A DNA stretch of 64,000 nt from assembly GCA_965205385.1 (NCBI GenBank), contig CBDBGS010000003.1, positions 80,691-144,690 on the forward strand, written 5' to 3'. This document shows positions 7,066 through 16,280 of this stretch, in pieces. The stretch's first letter is position 1, and every line of letters begins with the position of its first letter. Origin of the DNA: Dehalococcoidia bacterium. Lineage in GTDB: Bacteria; Chloroflexota; Dehalococcoidia; Lucifugimonadales; UBA3495. The notes beneath the pieces were generated by a model. That model saw only the letters and a list, made by a program, of their open reading frames with translations. It was not told the origin of the DNA and made no database searches. The position numbers and the translations under genes were made by a program.

Positions 7066-9354
7066 ATGGGGGATTGCCTCATGGTAGCTAGCGATTCGAC
7101 ACCAGAATTCGTAACCAAGGTATACGAAACGATGCAGCGGAATCTGGAAGCCGTCCGCCGCAGAGTTGGCAAACCCATGACCCTGGCCGACAAGCTGCTT
7201 CTTTCCCATCTGGATGACCCTGAGAACCAGGAGTTGATTCCTGGGAGGAGCTACCTTCAGGTGCGGCCCGACCGGGTCATCCTACAGGACGTGCTGGGCC
7301 AGACCGCTGTCCTTCAGTTCATGCAGACAAAGCGCACCAGCACGGCGGTCCCGACTACGGTCCACTGCGACCACCTGATCCAGGCCCGTGTTGAGGGTTC
7401 CCAGGACCTGCGCGAGTCCCTTGTAGAGAATAACGAGGTCTATGACTTCCTCCGGTCCGCCAGCGCCAAGTACGGCATAGGCTTCTGGGGTCCCGGAGCC
7501 GGGATCATTCACCAGGTGAACCTCGAGCAGTACGCGTTTCCTGGCGCGGTGATCATCGGCACCGACTCGCATACACCCAATGGTGGTGGGCTTGGCTCCT
7601 GCTCCGTGGGCGTGGGCGGGGCCGACGCGGTGGAGGCGATGGCCGGACTGCCCTGGGAGGTGCTCTTCCCGACGCGCATCGGCGTGCACCTGACCGGCGA
7701 GATGAACGGCTGGACTGCTCCGAAGGACGTCATCCTCTTTCTGGCGGGGGCGCTCACTGTCTCCGGCGGAACCAACGCGATCATCGAATACTTCGGCCCT
7801 GGGGCCCGGTCCATCAGCTGCACCGGCAAGGCCACCATTACCAACATGGGTGCGGAGCTCGGCGCGACGACTTCGGTCTTCCCGTACGACGAGCGAATGG
7901 CCCGCTATCTCGAAGCCACCGGCCGGGGTGAACTCGCCAACCTGGCCGACCAGCACAAGGAGATGTTGGCGGCCGATCCAGACGTTGAAGCCAACCCTGA
8001 GCAGTACTTCGACCGCATCGTGGAGATAGACCTCTCCACGCTGGAGCCCCATATCGTCGGCCCCCACTCCCCGGACCGGGCGCGGCCCATCTCCCAGTTC
8101 GCCCAGGAGGTGGCTGACCAGTCCAACGGGTTCGTCGACGAAATATCCACCGCCCTCATCGGAAGCTGCACCAACTCATCCTACGAGGACATGAGCCGCT
8201 CCGCCGACGTAGCCGAGCAGGCCAACGCCAAGGGCATCAAGGTAGCGGTGCCGTTCATGGTGACTCCCGGGTCCGAGCAGGTCCGCTCCACCATCGAGCG
8301 CGACGGTCAGCTCTCCACGCTTAGGGACGCTGGAGCCACGGTCCTGGCCAACGCCTGCGGCCCTTGCATCGGCCAGTGGCGGCGGTCGCGGGAGGCTTCG
8401 GAGCAGCCTAACTCCATCGTCACGTCTTACAACCGTAACTTCCCAGCCCGTAACGACGGCCAGGCTTCGACGATGAACTTCATCGCCAGCCCGGAGATCA
8501 CCACCGCTTTCGCTCTGGCGGGTAGGCTTTCCTTCAATCCCTTGACCGACACGATCACCGACGCCCAGGGCAACGAGGTCATGCTCGACCCGCCCAAGCC
8601 GGCCCCGGAGGTCCCGGCCACGGGATTTGACCCCGGCCAGGCGTCCTACTTCCCCCCGCCGGACGACGGCGGCGACATCGAAGTCGTGGTGGACCCCAAC
8701 AGTCAGCGCCTCCAGGTCATGAACCCCTGGCCCGCCTGGGACGGTGAAGACTTCACCGGAATGCCGGTCTTGATGAAGGTCCAGGGCAAGTGCACGACGG
8801 ACCACATTTCCCCGGCTGGTGTATGGCTAAGCCTGCGGGGCCACCTGGACAAGTTCAGCGATAACCTGCTCATGGGCGCGACCAACGCCTACACCGGTGA
8901 CAACGGCAAGGCCGTGGATGTACTTACCAGCGAGACCGGGAAGGCCATTTCCGTCATTGCCCGCAATTACCAGGCCGAGGGCGTCAAGTGGGTGATCGTG
9001 GGAGACGACAACTACGGCGAAGGCAGCAGCCGTGAGCACGCCGCGCTGTCGCCGAGGCTGTTGGGCGGCGCGGCGGTAATCGCCCGCAGCTTCGCCAGGA
9101 TCCACGAGACCAACCTTAAGAAACAGGGATTGCTGCCGCTGACCTTCAGTTCCCGGGACGACTACGACAGGCTCCGCGAGGATGACCGGATCAGCCTTAC
9201 CGGCCTCCAAGACCTAGCTCCCGATAAGCCGGTAATCTGCACCGTCCACCACTCGGACGGGACCACCGAGAACTTGGAACTGAATCACTCCTTCGGTGAG
9301 TCGCAGGTCGTTTGGTTCAGGCTTGGGTCCGCCCTGAACCTGTTCCACCAATAG
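7066..9354 (+). CDS. aconitate hydratase (about 750-aa, mitochondrial-type architecture)
   Basis: Aconitase Fe-S ligand regions (IGTDSHTPNGGG; GSCTNSSYEDM; ANACGPCIGQW) and the swivel domain ...DNYGEGSSREHAA... The start could be ATG 7066 or ATG 7081. Confidence 0.9.
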   Translation: MGDCLMVASDSTPEFVTKVYETMQRNLEAVRRRVGKPMTLADKLLLSHLDDPENQELIPGRSYLQVRPDRVILQDVLGQTAVLQFMQTKRTSTAVPTTVHCDHLIQARVEGSQDLRESLVENNEVYDFLRSASAKYGIGFWGPGAGIIHQVNLEQYAFPGAVIIGTDSHTPNGGGLGSCSVGVGGADAVEAMAGLPWEVLFPTRIGVHLTGEMNGWTAPKDVILFLAGALTVSGGTNAIIEYFGPGARSISCTGKATITNMGAELGATTSVFPYDERMARYLEATGRGELANLADQHKEMLAADPDVEANPEQYFDRIVEIDLSTLEPHIVGPHSPDRARPISQFAQEVADQSNGFVDEISTALIGSCTNSSYEDMSRSADVAEQANAKGIKVAVPFMVTPGSEQVRSTIERDGQLSTLRDAGATVLANACGPCIGQWRRSREASEQPNSIVTSYNRNFPARNDGQASTMNFIASPEITTAFALAGRLSFNPLTDTITDAQGNEVMLDPPKPAPEVPATGFDPGQASYFPPPDDGGDIEVVVDPNSQRLQVMNPWPAWDGEDFTGMPVLMKVQGKCTTDHISPAGVWLSLRGHLDKFSDNLLMGATNAYTGDNGKAVDVLTSETGKAISVIARNYQAEGVKWVIVGDDNYGEGSSREHAALSPRLLGGAAVIARSFARIHETNLKKQGLLPLTFSSRDDYDRLREDDRISLTGLQDLAPDKPVICTVHHSDGTTENLELNHSFGESQVVWFRLGSALNLFHQ

Positions 9355-9404
9355 CGGCAAACGCTTTTTCCGCCCCTGTAGCGGGGAGCGACCGAAAAAC
9401 TATA

Positions 9405-9446
9405 AGTCCTCCGGTCCGGCAACCGCCGAAACCGGGGGACTTTTTT
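9405..9446 (+). terminator. hairpin plus T-tract between convergent aconitase and MFS genes
   Basis: AGTCCTCCGGT...ACCGGGGGACT (one mismatch) followed by TTTTTT. Confidence 0.5.
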
Positions 9447-9502
9447 CACGCTCCAGGTGCGTTCGATTATCCCTATGGGCGAGGGGACTCCAATGCTGTC
9501 CT

Positions 9503-10789
9503 TTACTCCTCCGGCGCGGCGGCAACGGGTGCGGGTCCCGCTATCCGGCCAATCCCGACGCGGAGGGCCCGTACCTCCGGGCTGACTATGAAAACCAATC
9601 CAGCCGAAATGACGATCACTATTGCCCCCGCCGCCACGGCGATGGGCGCGCCCAGGTAGTCGGTGACAATTCCAGCTTGCGACACACTGAGCGGCGACAG
9701 GCTCCAGGTAATGCCGTACAAGCCCATGACCCGGCCCCGCAACTGGTCCGGCACCAGTTGTTGAATCGTGCTTAGGCCGCCCACAAGGTACCACGAGTTG
9801 GCCACGCCCACGACGAACAGCAGGACCATAGACACCCGGTAAAGCTCCTGCCCCGCCGCCAAAGCGAACATAATAAGGGCCAGTCCGTAGAGTACAGCTC
9901 CCCCCAGGATCATCCTTCCCTTGGGGAAACCCTCCTTCAGGGTGCCCACCATCCAGGTGCCAAGTATCGCCCCGACTCCAGACGCGCCCAGGAGCCAGCC
10001 GATCTTCTCCGCCCCCACGTGAAGGACCTCCTCCGCGAACACGGGCATCAACCCGATGTAGGCCATCCCGAACAGGCTGTTGCAAAAGGTGAGCAGCATC
10101 ACGTGAAGGAATATGGGGTGGCGGCGCACGTAGCTCAGGCTTTCGCCTATCTGTTGGAGCACCTGCCCCCTGGACGGAGGACGGGGACGCATACGGAGCA
10201 ACGATACCACCGTGGCCAGGATGTAGAACGTGGCCGCGCTGAAGAACATCGAGGCTTCGATGCTCACCCGCTCGATAATTATCCCGGCGAGGACCGGTCC
10301 GGCGATTCTCACAGTGTTCCAGACCAGGGAGTCCATGGCCACAGCGTTGACGATGTGCTCCGGCCGTACCAGTCTTGGGGACACGCTGGCCCGGCTGGGC
10401 TGGTCTACGGCCTGCCCGGCCCCGATGATGACCGCGGCCAACAGCAGGTGCCAACTCTGGACCACCCCGGTAAATACCGAGATGGCCAGGAGAACCACCA
10501 CGGTAGCCGTGGAGGCCTGGGCCGCGGCCACCAGGAATTTGGGTTCCAACCGGTCGGCAAGCACCCCGCCTAGCAGATTCAGCGCCAGCGCGGGCACGGC
10601 GATCGCCATACCCAGCAGGGCCAGGTCCATCGGCTCGCCGGTCAACTTGAACATCTGCCAGTGCATGGTGAACTGGAGCAGCATTTGATGGCCGGTCACC
10701 CCGGTCATCAGAGCCAACCAGTAATACCGGAAGTGCCCGTAAGTCATCGAGACGGGCAGAATGCGGCTGATAACGCTACTGCCGGTCAT
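9503..10789 (-). CDS. MFS transporter
   Basis: 428 aa with about 12 hydrophobic segments and an MFS-like N-terminus. The overlapping 9285..10454 ORF is an Arg/Gly/Pro-rich out-of-frame artefact. Confidence 0.8.
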   Translation of the reverse strand: MTGSSVISRILPVSMTYGHFRYYWLALMTGVTGHQMLLQFTMHWQMFKLTGEPMDLALLGMAIAVPALALNLLGGVLADRLEPKFLVAAAQASTATVVVLLAISVFTGVVQSWHLLLAAVIIGAGQAVDQPSRASVSPRLVRPEHIVNAVAMDSLVWNTVRIAGPVLAGIIIERVSIEASMFFSAATFYILATVVSLLRMRPRPPSRGQVLQQIGESLSYVRRHPIFLHVMLLTFCNSLFGMAYIGLMPVFAEEVLHVGAEKIGWLLGASGVGAILGTWMVGTLKEGFPKGRMILGGAVLYGLALIMFALAAGQELYRVSMVLLFVVGVANSWYLVGGLSTIQQLVPDQLRGRVMGLYGITWSLSPLSVSQAGIVTDYLGAPIAVAAGAIVIVISAGLVFIVSPEVRALRVGIGRIAGPAPVAAAPEE

Positions 10790-10866
10790 CTTTGCTCCGG
10801 AACCTGTCCAGGTGCGCGCCGGTGGGGGACCAACCCCGCGATGTGGATGCTGAAATGACCACCACG

Positions 10867-12417
10867 TCAGGCTGTGGCGTTGTACAGGGTATGGGGGGCG
10901 GCGTTCTGCGGGACTGTCCCCAGGTAGAACCTGCGCAAATGGGGTTCAACCAATTTGGCCAGGTCCCTCCGCTCGGCCTCCTGTGGTGAGAGGGGCCGGT
11001 CGAGGGCCGCCTTTAGCTCCCGGAACAGTTCTTCTTTGTCGACGCGGGTCAACCGGCCGTCATGAAGCAACACTTCTCCGTCGACCATCACGGTTTCAAC
11101 GTCTATGGCCCTTCCGCGGTGTACCAGGGCGTCAACCATAGAAACCTCCGGGTCAAGGAAGGGCTCCTCTATGTTCCGCAAGTTGACCAGCGTCATGTCG
11201 GCCCTTTTACCCGGCTCCAGCGTGCCGATTCGGTCTCCAAACCAACTGACGTACGCACCGTTCTCGGTGGCCATTTGCAACACCTGGTGGGAAGTGGGTG
11301 GGTCAAGGTCTATGCCGGGCACGCGGTGGATTTTCAACACCAACCGCATCTCTTGAAACAGGTCCTTATCGTCGTTGAGACCGGCTTCGTCGCTGCCGAT
11401 CGCAACCTTGATTCCCGCCGCCAGTATCTTGTTCATGGGGGCGATGCCGCTCTGAAGCCGCAGGTTGGAACTAGCATTGTGACAGATGTTTGTCCCGGTT
11501 TCGGCCATGATCCTCAGGTCTTCGTCGGTGGCCCAGACGCTGTGCCCGCAGGTCACCTCCGGGCCCAGAATCCCTAGTTCATGCAGGTGTTGAAGCGGGG
11601 TCTTGTTCCACGCCTGAAAGCCGTAGAGCTTCTGATAAACGGTCTCCTGCAGGTGGATGTGAATCCCGGTGCTGTACCTGGTGGCAAGGCCCTTCAGCGC
11701 CATCAGAAGCTCATCGCTGCATCGGTGGACGTTACTTGGGGCCATGGTCACCTGGACCCGCTCGTACCGGTGGTTTCCGTACTTGCTACAGATATCGTCC
11801 AACACGGGCATCACTTCGTCCACTGGCCGGTAGCTAGGGGCCATGAAAGCCCGGTAGCGTTCACCCAGGCCGCCGGGCATGGTGGCGGCAAACTCCGCTT
11901 CACCCCCGGCGGCTCCCGCCACCATGGAGTTCTGGTCGGCGATGGAGGGGGCGTAGGAGACCCGCATTCCCGAAGCCTGGTATGCTCCGACGACTTTGTC
12001 GGCTATTTCCATGCTGACCGGACCCACACCCCTTCCCGGAGAGTGGATCGCTTGAACCGTTGTAGTACCCGTTTCAATCATCTGCACCGCGCCGTAGAGT
12101 TGGTCCAGGTAGGGGTCGATGGTCCGGAGGCCGATTCTGGCAAGGCTCCACATCTCCAGGGGCAGGTCGGGGGCGCCCATCTGGAAGGGGGTCAGGCCAA
12201 CGTGGAAGTGATCGTTGACCAATCCGGGCATTACTATGTGATTGCCCGACCCGATGACTTCCATTTCCGGATGCCTGGCCCGAAGCTCTTCAAATCCGCC
12301 TGTCTCGATGATCTCCCCGTCGCGCTGGAACACCGCGCCGTTGTCGATCACTTCCGCCGAATTGGGACCGGTGATCTTGCAGACCACGTACTTTCCACGC
12401 ACTAGAGACGATGCCAT
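10867..12417 (-). CDS. amidohydrolase-superfamily protein (deaminase/chlorohydrolase-like)
   Basis: IVMPGLVNDHFHVG metal motif, later HLQE and GSDEAG motifs, 516 aa. Confidence 0.8.
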   Translation of the reverse strand: MASSLVRGKYVVCKITGPNSAEVIDNGAVFQRDGEIIETGGFEELRARHPEMEVIGSGNHIVMPGLVNDHFHVGLTPFQMGAPDLPLEMWSLARIGLRTIDPYLDQLYGAVQMIETGTTTVQAIHSPGRGVGPVSMEIADKVVGAYQASGMRVSYAPSIADQNSMVAGAAGGEAEFAATMPGGLGERYRAFMAPSYRPVDEVMPVLDDICSKYGNHRYERVQVTMAPSNVHRCSDELLMALKGLATRYSTGIHIHLQETVYQKLYGFQAWNKTPLQHLHELGILGPEVTCGHSVWATDEDLRIMAETGTNICHNASSNLRLQSGIAPMNKILAAGIKVAIGSDEAGLNDDKDLFQEMRLVLKIHRVPGIDLDPPTSHQVLQMATENGAYVSWFGDRIGTLEPGKRADMTLVNLRNIEEPFLDPEVSMVDALVHRGRAIDVETVMVDGEVLLHDGRLTRVDKEELFRELKAALDRPLSPQEAERRDLAKLVEPHLRRFYLGTVPQNAAPHTLYNATA

Positions 12418-12493
12418 TAAGGACTCCCTTCGTCAGGCTCAATAGGACCTTGGCGGCCCGACACCGGCCGAGTATAGCCCAAGTATACAACCC

Positions 12494-12549
12494 CACGGAC
12501 CACCCGCCACGGACCACCCGCCACGGACCACCGGCCACCAACCACCGGC
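12494..12549. repeat. 14-bp tandem repeat x4 (CACGGACCACCCGC, degenerating)
   Basis: Units at 12494-12507 and 12508-12521 are identical. Units at 12522-12535 and 12536-12549 are variants. The repeat lies in the divergent intergenic region. Confidence 0.9.
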
Positions 12550-12636
12550 CACTGGAAGCCCATCGGGGCAAGGGCTATACTGGCCCTGGCTGAGCAACGG
12601 TCCGCAACGACCGCGATAATTGCCACAGGAGGAGCT

Positions 12637-13392
12637 ATGCCGCGGGTAGAAGGCAAGGTAGCCTTGGTCAGCGGAGGCGCCCGGGGAATGGGAGCCGCCG
12701 AAGCCAAAATGCTCGCCCTCGAAGGCGCAAGGGTGGTTATCGGCGACATTCTGGAGGACGAGGGACGCCGCACCGAGGCCGAGATCAACGAGGCCGGCGG
12801 GGAGTGCATATTCGTCCGGCTGGACGTCACCAGCGACGCCGACTGGCAGGACGCGGTGTCCACCGCGGTTACCCGCTTTGGCAAGCTCGATATCCTGGTC
12901 AATAACGCCGGTATTGTGGGCCGGGGTGTGGTGGAGGATTGCACCGAAGAAGAGTGGGACCGGATCATGGCAGTCAACGGCAAAGGTGTTTTTCTCGGGA
13001 CACGGGCGGCGATACCGGAGATGCGTAAGGCCGGGGGAGGCTCAATCATCAATACGTCGTCGATCTCGGGTATGGTGGGCCAGGACTACGTTCAGGCCGC
13101 CTACAATGCTTCCAAGGGCGCGGTGCGTATATTCACCAAGGCCGCCGCGGTGCAGTACGCCAAGGAGGGGATCAGGGTCAATTCGGTCCATACCGGCGCG
13201 GTTGACACCCCCATGGCGGGCCGCAGGCTCAGCGACCCGGACCTGCAGCGGCAGTCAGAGGAACGAATTCCCCTTGGCCGGACGGGCAAGCCCGAGGACA
13301 TCGCTTACGGTGTGTTGTATCTGGCCTCCGACGAGTCTTCATTCGTTACCGGCAGCGAACTGGTGATAGACGGCGGGACGACTGCGCAGTAA
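12637..13392 (+). CDS. SDR-family oxidoreductase (3-alpha/20-beta-hydroxysteroid dehydrogenase-like)
   Basis: VSGGARGMGAA cofactor motif, NNAG, YNASK catalytic motif. AGGAGG lies before the ATG. Confidence 0.9.
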   Translation: MPRVEGKVALVSGGARGMGAAEAKMLALEGARVVIGDILEDEGRRTEAEINEAGGECIFVRLDVTSDADWQDAVSTAVTRFGKLDILVNNAGIVGRGVVEDCTEEEWDRIMAVNGKGVFLGTRAAIPEMRKAGGGSIINTSSISGMVGQDYVQAAYNASKGAVRIFTKAAAVQYAKEGIRVNSVHTGAVDTPMAGRRLSDPDLQRQSEERIPLGRTGKPEDIAYGVLYLASDESSFVTGSELVIDGGTTAQ

Positions 13393-13449
13393 CCAACAAC
13401 CCCGTAAACGACGATTGAGAAACGCGAGAATTAACTAAGGAGCGGCAGC

Positions 13450-14280
13450 GTGGCGGAAGTCTCATACCAGGTTGAAGACCGTGTCGCGGTGGTGCGGCTG
13501 GAATCCCCGGACACGAGCAACGCGTTCACCCCTTCTATGCGCCGGGAGTTGAACCTTTCCTTCATCCGATTCCGGGACGATGAAGACGCCTGGGTGGCCG
13601 TGGTCTGTGGCGACGGCGATGAGTTTTGCGCCGGCTCGTTACCCCAACCCAACCCTTCATACAGTGAGGAACGGGAGCGGGGACTCCTGTGGGCCGGTGG
13701 GCGAGTGGACACGATGAAGCCTATTATCGCCGCCGTGCAGGGAGCTTGCGCCGGAGAGGGGCTTGCCCTGGCCCTTGGTTGCGACCTTCGCATCGCCGAA
13801 GCCGGGGCTTCGTTTCGCGCGCTGCTAGACCAGGACGGGGGTTTCCCCAACATAGCCGCGGCGTGGCTGGTGAACCTAATCGGGTTGTCGGCGGCATTGG
13901 ATGTTCTCTGGACCCGCGAGTCGTTGAATGCCGAATCAGCAATCCGGATGGGTATCGTCAACAGGTTGGTCCGGCAGGGGTATGAAGAGGCCGTCTCGCA
14001 AGAATCAGAGGGGCGCCTGAACATACGGCCTCTGGCTCCCGCCATTACCACCCAGGAGGGAACGGCTTTCTCCGGGGGCATGAAATTGGCCAGGGAATTG
14101 CTGCAATACGCCCCCGTCACCCGCTCTTTTCAGAAGGAGACTGCTTACAGGTCCATTGGTGTGCCTTTCCACTACGCCCAGAGCCTGGAGGTGGGGCCCA
14201 ACCCCTACGCCAGTGAAGACCGGATCGAAGGCACCCGCGCCTTCGTGGAAAACCGCCGCCCGGTGTGGCACAACCGCTAG
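13450..14280 (+). CDS. enoyl-CoA hydratase/isomerase (crotonase) family protein
   Basis: Crotonase fold (VAVVRLESPDTSNAF...FCAGS...PIIAAVQGACAGEGLALALGCDLRIA), GTG start. Confidence 0.8.
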   Translation: MAEVSYQVEDRVAVVRLESPDTSNAFTPSMRRELNLSFIRFRDDEDAWVAVVCGDGDEFCAGSLPQPNPSYSEERERGLLWAGGRVDTMKPIIAAVQGACAGEGLALALGCDLRIAEAGASFRALLDQDGGFPNIAAAWLVNLIGLSAALDVLWTRESLNAESAIRMGIVNRLVRQGYEEAVSQESEGRLNIRPLAPAITTQEGTAFSGGMKLARELLQYAPVTRSFQKETAYRSIGVPFHYAQSLEVGPNPYASEDRIEGTRAFVENRRPVWHNR

Positions 14281-14297
14281 GAGTTGGGAGAAGACTT

Positions 14298-15113
14298 ATG
14301 CAGGATGCCCAGGATTTGAATGACGTCCTCCTGCGGCAACGCCAAGGCCAAGTCCTGATTGCGACCATGAACCGGCCGGAGCGGATGAACGCCCTGGGAG
14401 GAGGGCTCCCCCAGACGTTGAACGAGGCATGGCTGGACTTCCGGGACGACCCGGACCTGAAGGTGATGATAATCACCGGCGCGGGAGACCGTGCGTTCTG
14501 CGCCGGAGCGGACCTGCGGCAAAACGACGAACGCGCCCGCGACCTCGGGGCCCAATCGGCCCAGGCCCTGCTGGATGCCGACCGCTCCCGCAGCGTCCGT
14601 CCATCCTTCAATGGCAACAACTTCGGCCTGTGGAAGCCCGTCATCGCCGCGATCAACGGCTGGTGCCTGGCCGCCGGTTGCGAGATGGCCATGGGCTGCG
14701 ACCTCCGGGTTATGGAAGAGCAGGCCCAGATCGGTCTGCCCGAAGTCAAGCGTGGAATGGGGGCCAAGCAGACGACCCACAAGCTTTATTACCTGACCAA
14801 CCTCAACCTGGGACTGGAAATGGTCTGGACGGGTGACTCGCTCACCGCCGAGCGAGCCTACGATGTGGGGCTGGTCAACGAAGTCGTGCCCCAGGGACAG
14901 AGTGTGGCGCGGGCGAAAGAGATCGCGGAACGAATTTGCCGTTTCCCGTCAACATATCTCAGCTACCACAAGCTGCGGTTGTTCCAGAGCATAGGACTGC
15001 CCCTTGACTACGCCATGGCCCTGGAGCAGCGCTTCCCTCCCCAGGAAGGACCCGATTACATGCCGGGTTTGGAACGGAGCCTGCGGGAAACGAATGGCGA
15101 CACGCCGCGCTAG
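14298..15113 (+). CDS. enoyl-CoA hydratase/isomerase family protein
   Basis: LIATMNRPERMNAL, FCAGADL, GWCLAAGCEMAMGCDLRV...GLPEV. ATG 14298 is preceded by GGGAG. Confidence 0.85.
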   Translation: MQDAQDLNDVLLRQRQGQVLIATMNRPERMNALGGGLPQTLNEAWLDFRDDPDLKVMIITGAGDRAFCAGADLRQNDERARDLGAQSAQALLDADRSRSVRPSFNGNNFGLWKPVIAAINGWCLAAGCEMAMGCDLRVMEEQAQIGLPEVKRGMGAKQTTHKLYYLTNLNLGLEMVWTGDSLTAERAYDVGLVNEVVPQGQSVARAKEIAERICRFPSTYLSYHKLRLFQSIGLPLDYAMALEQRFPPQEGPDYMPGLERSLRETNGDTPR

Positions 15114-15144
15114 TTGGGAATGATACTGTCTATCGAGGCGAACT

Positions 15145-15813
15145 ATGCCCCAGTCTGTTAATTTGACCGAAGATGGCCCCGTACTGCTGGTGGAGATGCG
15201 CCGGGCGGAGCCGGGAAATGCCCTGAGCCGTGAAGTGCAGGAAGGATTGCAATCGGCGTGGGAGGAATTGGAGACCCATGACCACTTGATGGTTGCTGTG
15301 CTGCACGGGGCCGAAGGTGATTTCTCGGTGGGGCACGACGTGGCTGAATTAGTCGGTCTAGGGGCTCCGCCTGAGCCGGTTGACGGGTTGTTTCCATACG
15401 TCTTGTCCAGGCCGGTCATCGCCGCGGTCGAGGGCAGATGCTACGGCCTAGGGTTCGAGCTTGCCCTGGCCTGCGATCTGCGGGTGGCAGCCGAAGGCGC
15501 GTCTTTCGGGTTTCCAGACACCAACTTGGCCGTCAGTTACCGGCTCGCCTCCGCGTTGTTGCCCCGGATGACGAACCTGGGGGCCAGCCTGGACTTGCTG
15601 CTCACGGGCATGCCGATGGACGGTTCACGGCTGGAAAAGTTGAGGCTCGTAAACCGGACGGCCCCCAATGGCCGGGTCGTATCCACGGCGGTGGAAATGG
15701 CTAAAGACATGGCCCAACGCTTCGGCTCGGCGGCTGCTTTCCAAAAGGAACGGATCTGGCAATTGACCGGGCTTCCCCTGCCTACCGCTTTGAACTTTGC
15801 CCGGACCCGTTAG
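15145..15813 (+). CDS. enoyl-CoA hydratase/isomerase family protein (short, 222 aa)
   Basis: GRCYGLGFELALACDLRVAAEGASFGFPD crotonase core. Confidence 0.75.
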   Translation: MPQSVNLTEDGPVLLVEMRRAEPGNALSREVQEGLQSAWEELETHDHLMVAVLHGAEGDFSVGHDVAELVGLGAPPEPVDGLFPYVLSRPVIAAVEGRCYGLGFELALACDLRVAAEGASFGFPDTNLAVSYRLASALLPRMTNLGASLDLLLTGMPMDGSRLEKLRLVNRTAPNGRVVSTAVEMAKDMAQRFGSAAAFQKERIWQLTGLPLPTALNFARTR

Positions 15814-15822
15814 TCCGCCGGA

Positions 15823-16263
15823 CTAGACCGTCGGCTCCCCCAGTCCGCCGCGCTCGGCAGGATGGGCCTCATCAGGACCGGGCCATGGCGGGGAGGTGTA
15901 GCAGAGGAACCGGAGCGGCCCTGCTTTGTCGGCGCTGAACTGGAACCTCCATCCGGTGGGAATCGTCAAAGCGTCTCCGGGCCCCACCAGCGTCGACTCA
16001 ACCGTGTCCGCGGCATTGGCGGGCGGACAACGCCAGACCCGCCCATGCCCTTCCAGCACGTACCATATCTCTTCTACTGTCCGGTGCCACACGGGGCGGG
16101 ACACTCCGCCCGCCGGAAGGCGGACTTCAACGAGGCTGGCGCGGGACGCTTCGTGTCTCCTGTCGACCAGGAGGCGAATTTCCGAGCCGTCCGGGGCTAT
16201 TACGTCGGCGGAGTCGCTGCGGTGACCGATCATTGGAGAGTCGGGGGGTCCATGTTGCGGCAT
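15823..16263 (-). CDS. cupin domain protein
   Basis: Only the C-terminal 147 aa of the 371-aa track ORF look real (...PVWHRTVEEIWYVLEGHG...GDALTIPTGWRFQF). ATG 16263 is preceded by GGAG. The rest of that ORF is antisense to the transporter gene. Confidence 0.65.
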   Translation of the reverse strand: MPQHGPPDSPMIGHRSDSADVIAPDGSEIRLLVDRRHEASRASLVEVRLPAGGVSRPVWHRTVEEIWYVLEGHGRVWRCPPANAADTVESTLVGPGDALTIPTGWRFQFSADKAGPLRFLCYTSPPWPGPDEAHPAERGGLGEPTV

Positions 16264-16280
16264 TGAAGTCTCCAGTGTGG

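Noticed and set aside
9285-10454. 389-aa minus-strand ORF overlapping the MFS transporter
   Set aside because: It shares the strand of the MFS gene but lies in another frame. It has extreme Arg/Gly/Pro content and no hydrophobic segments or recognisable motifs, so it is an out-of-frame artefact of the real 9503..10789 gene.
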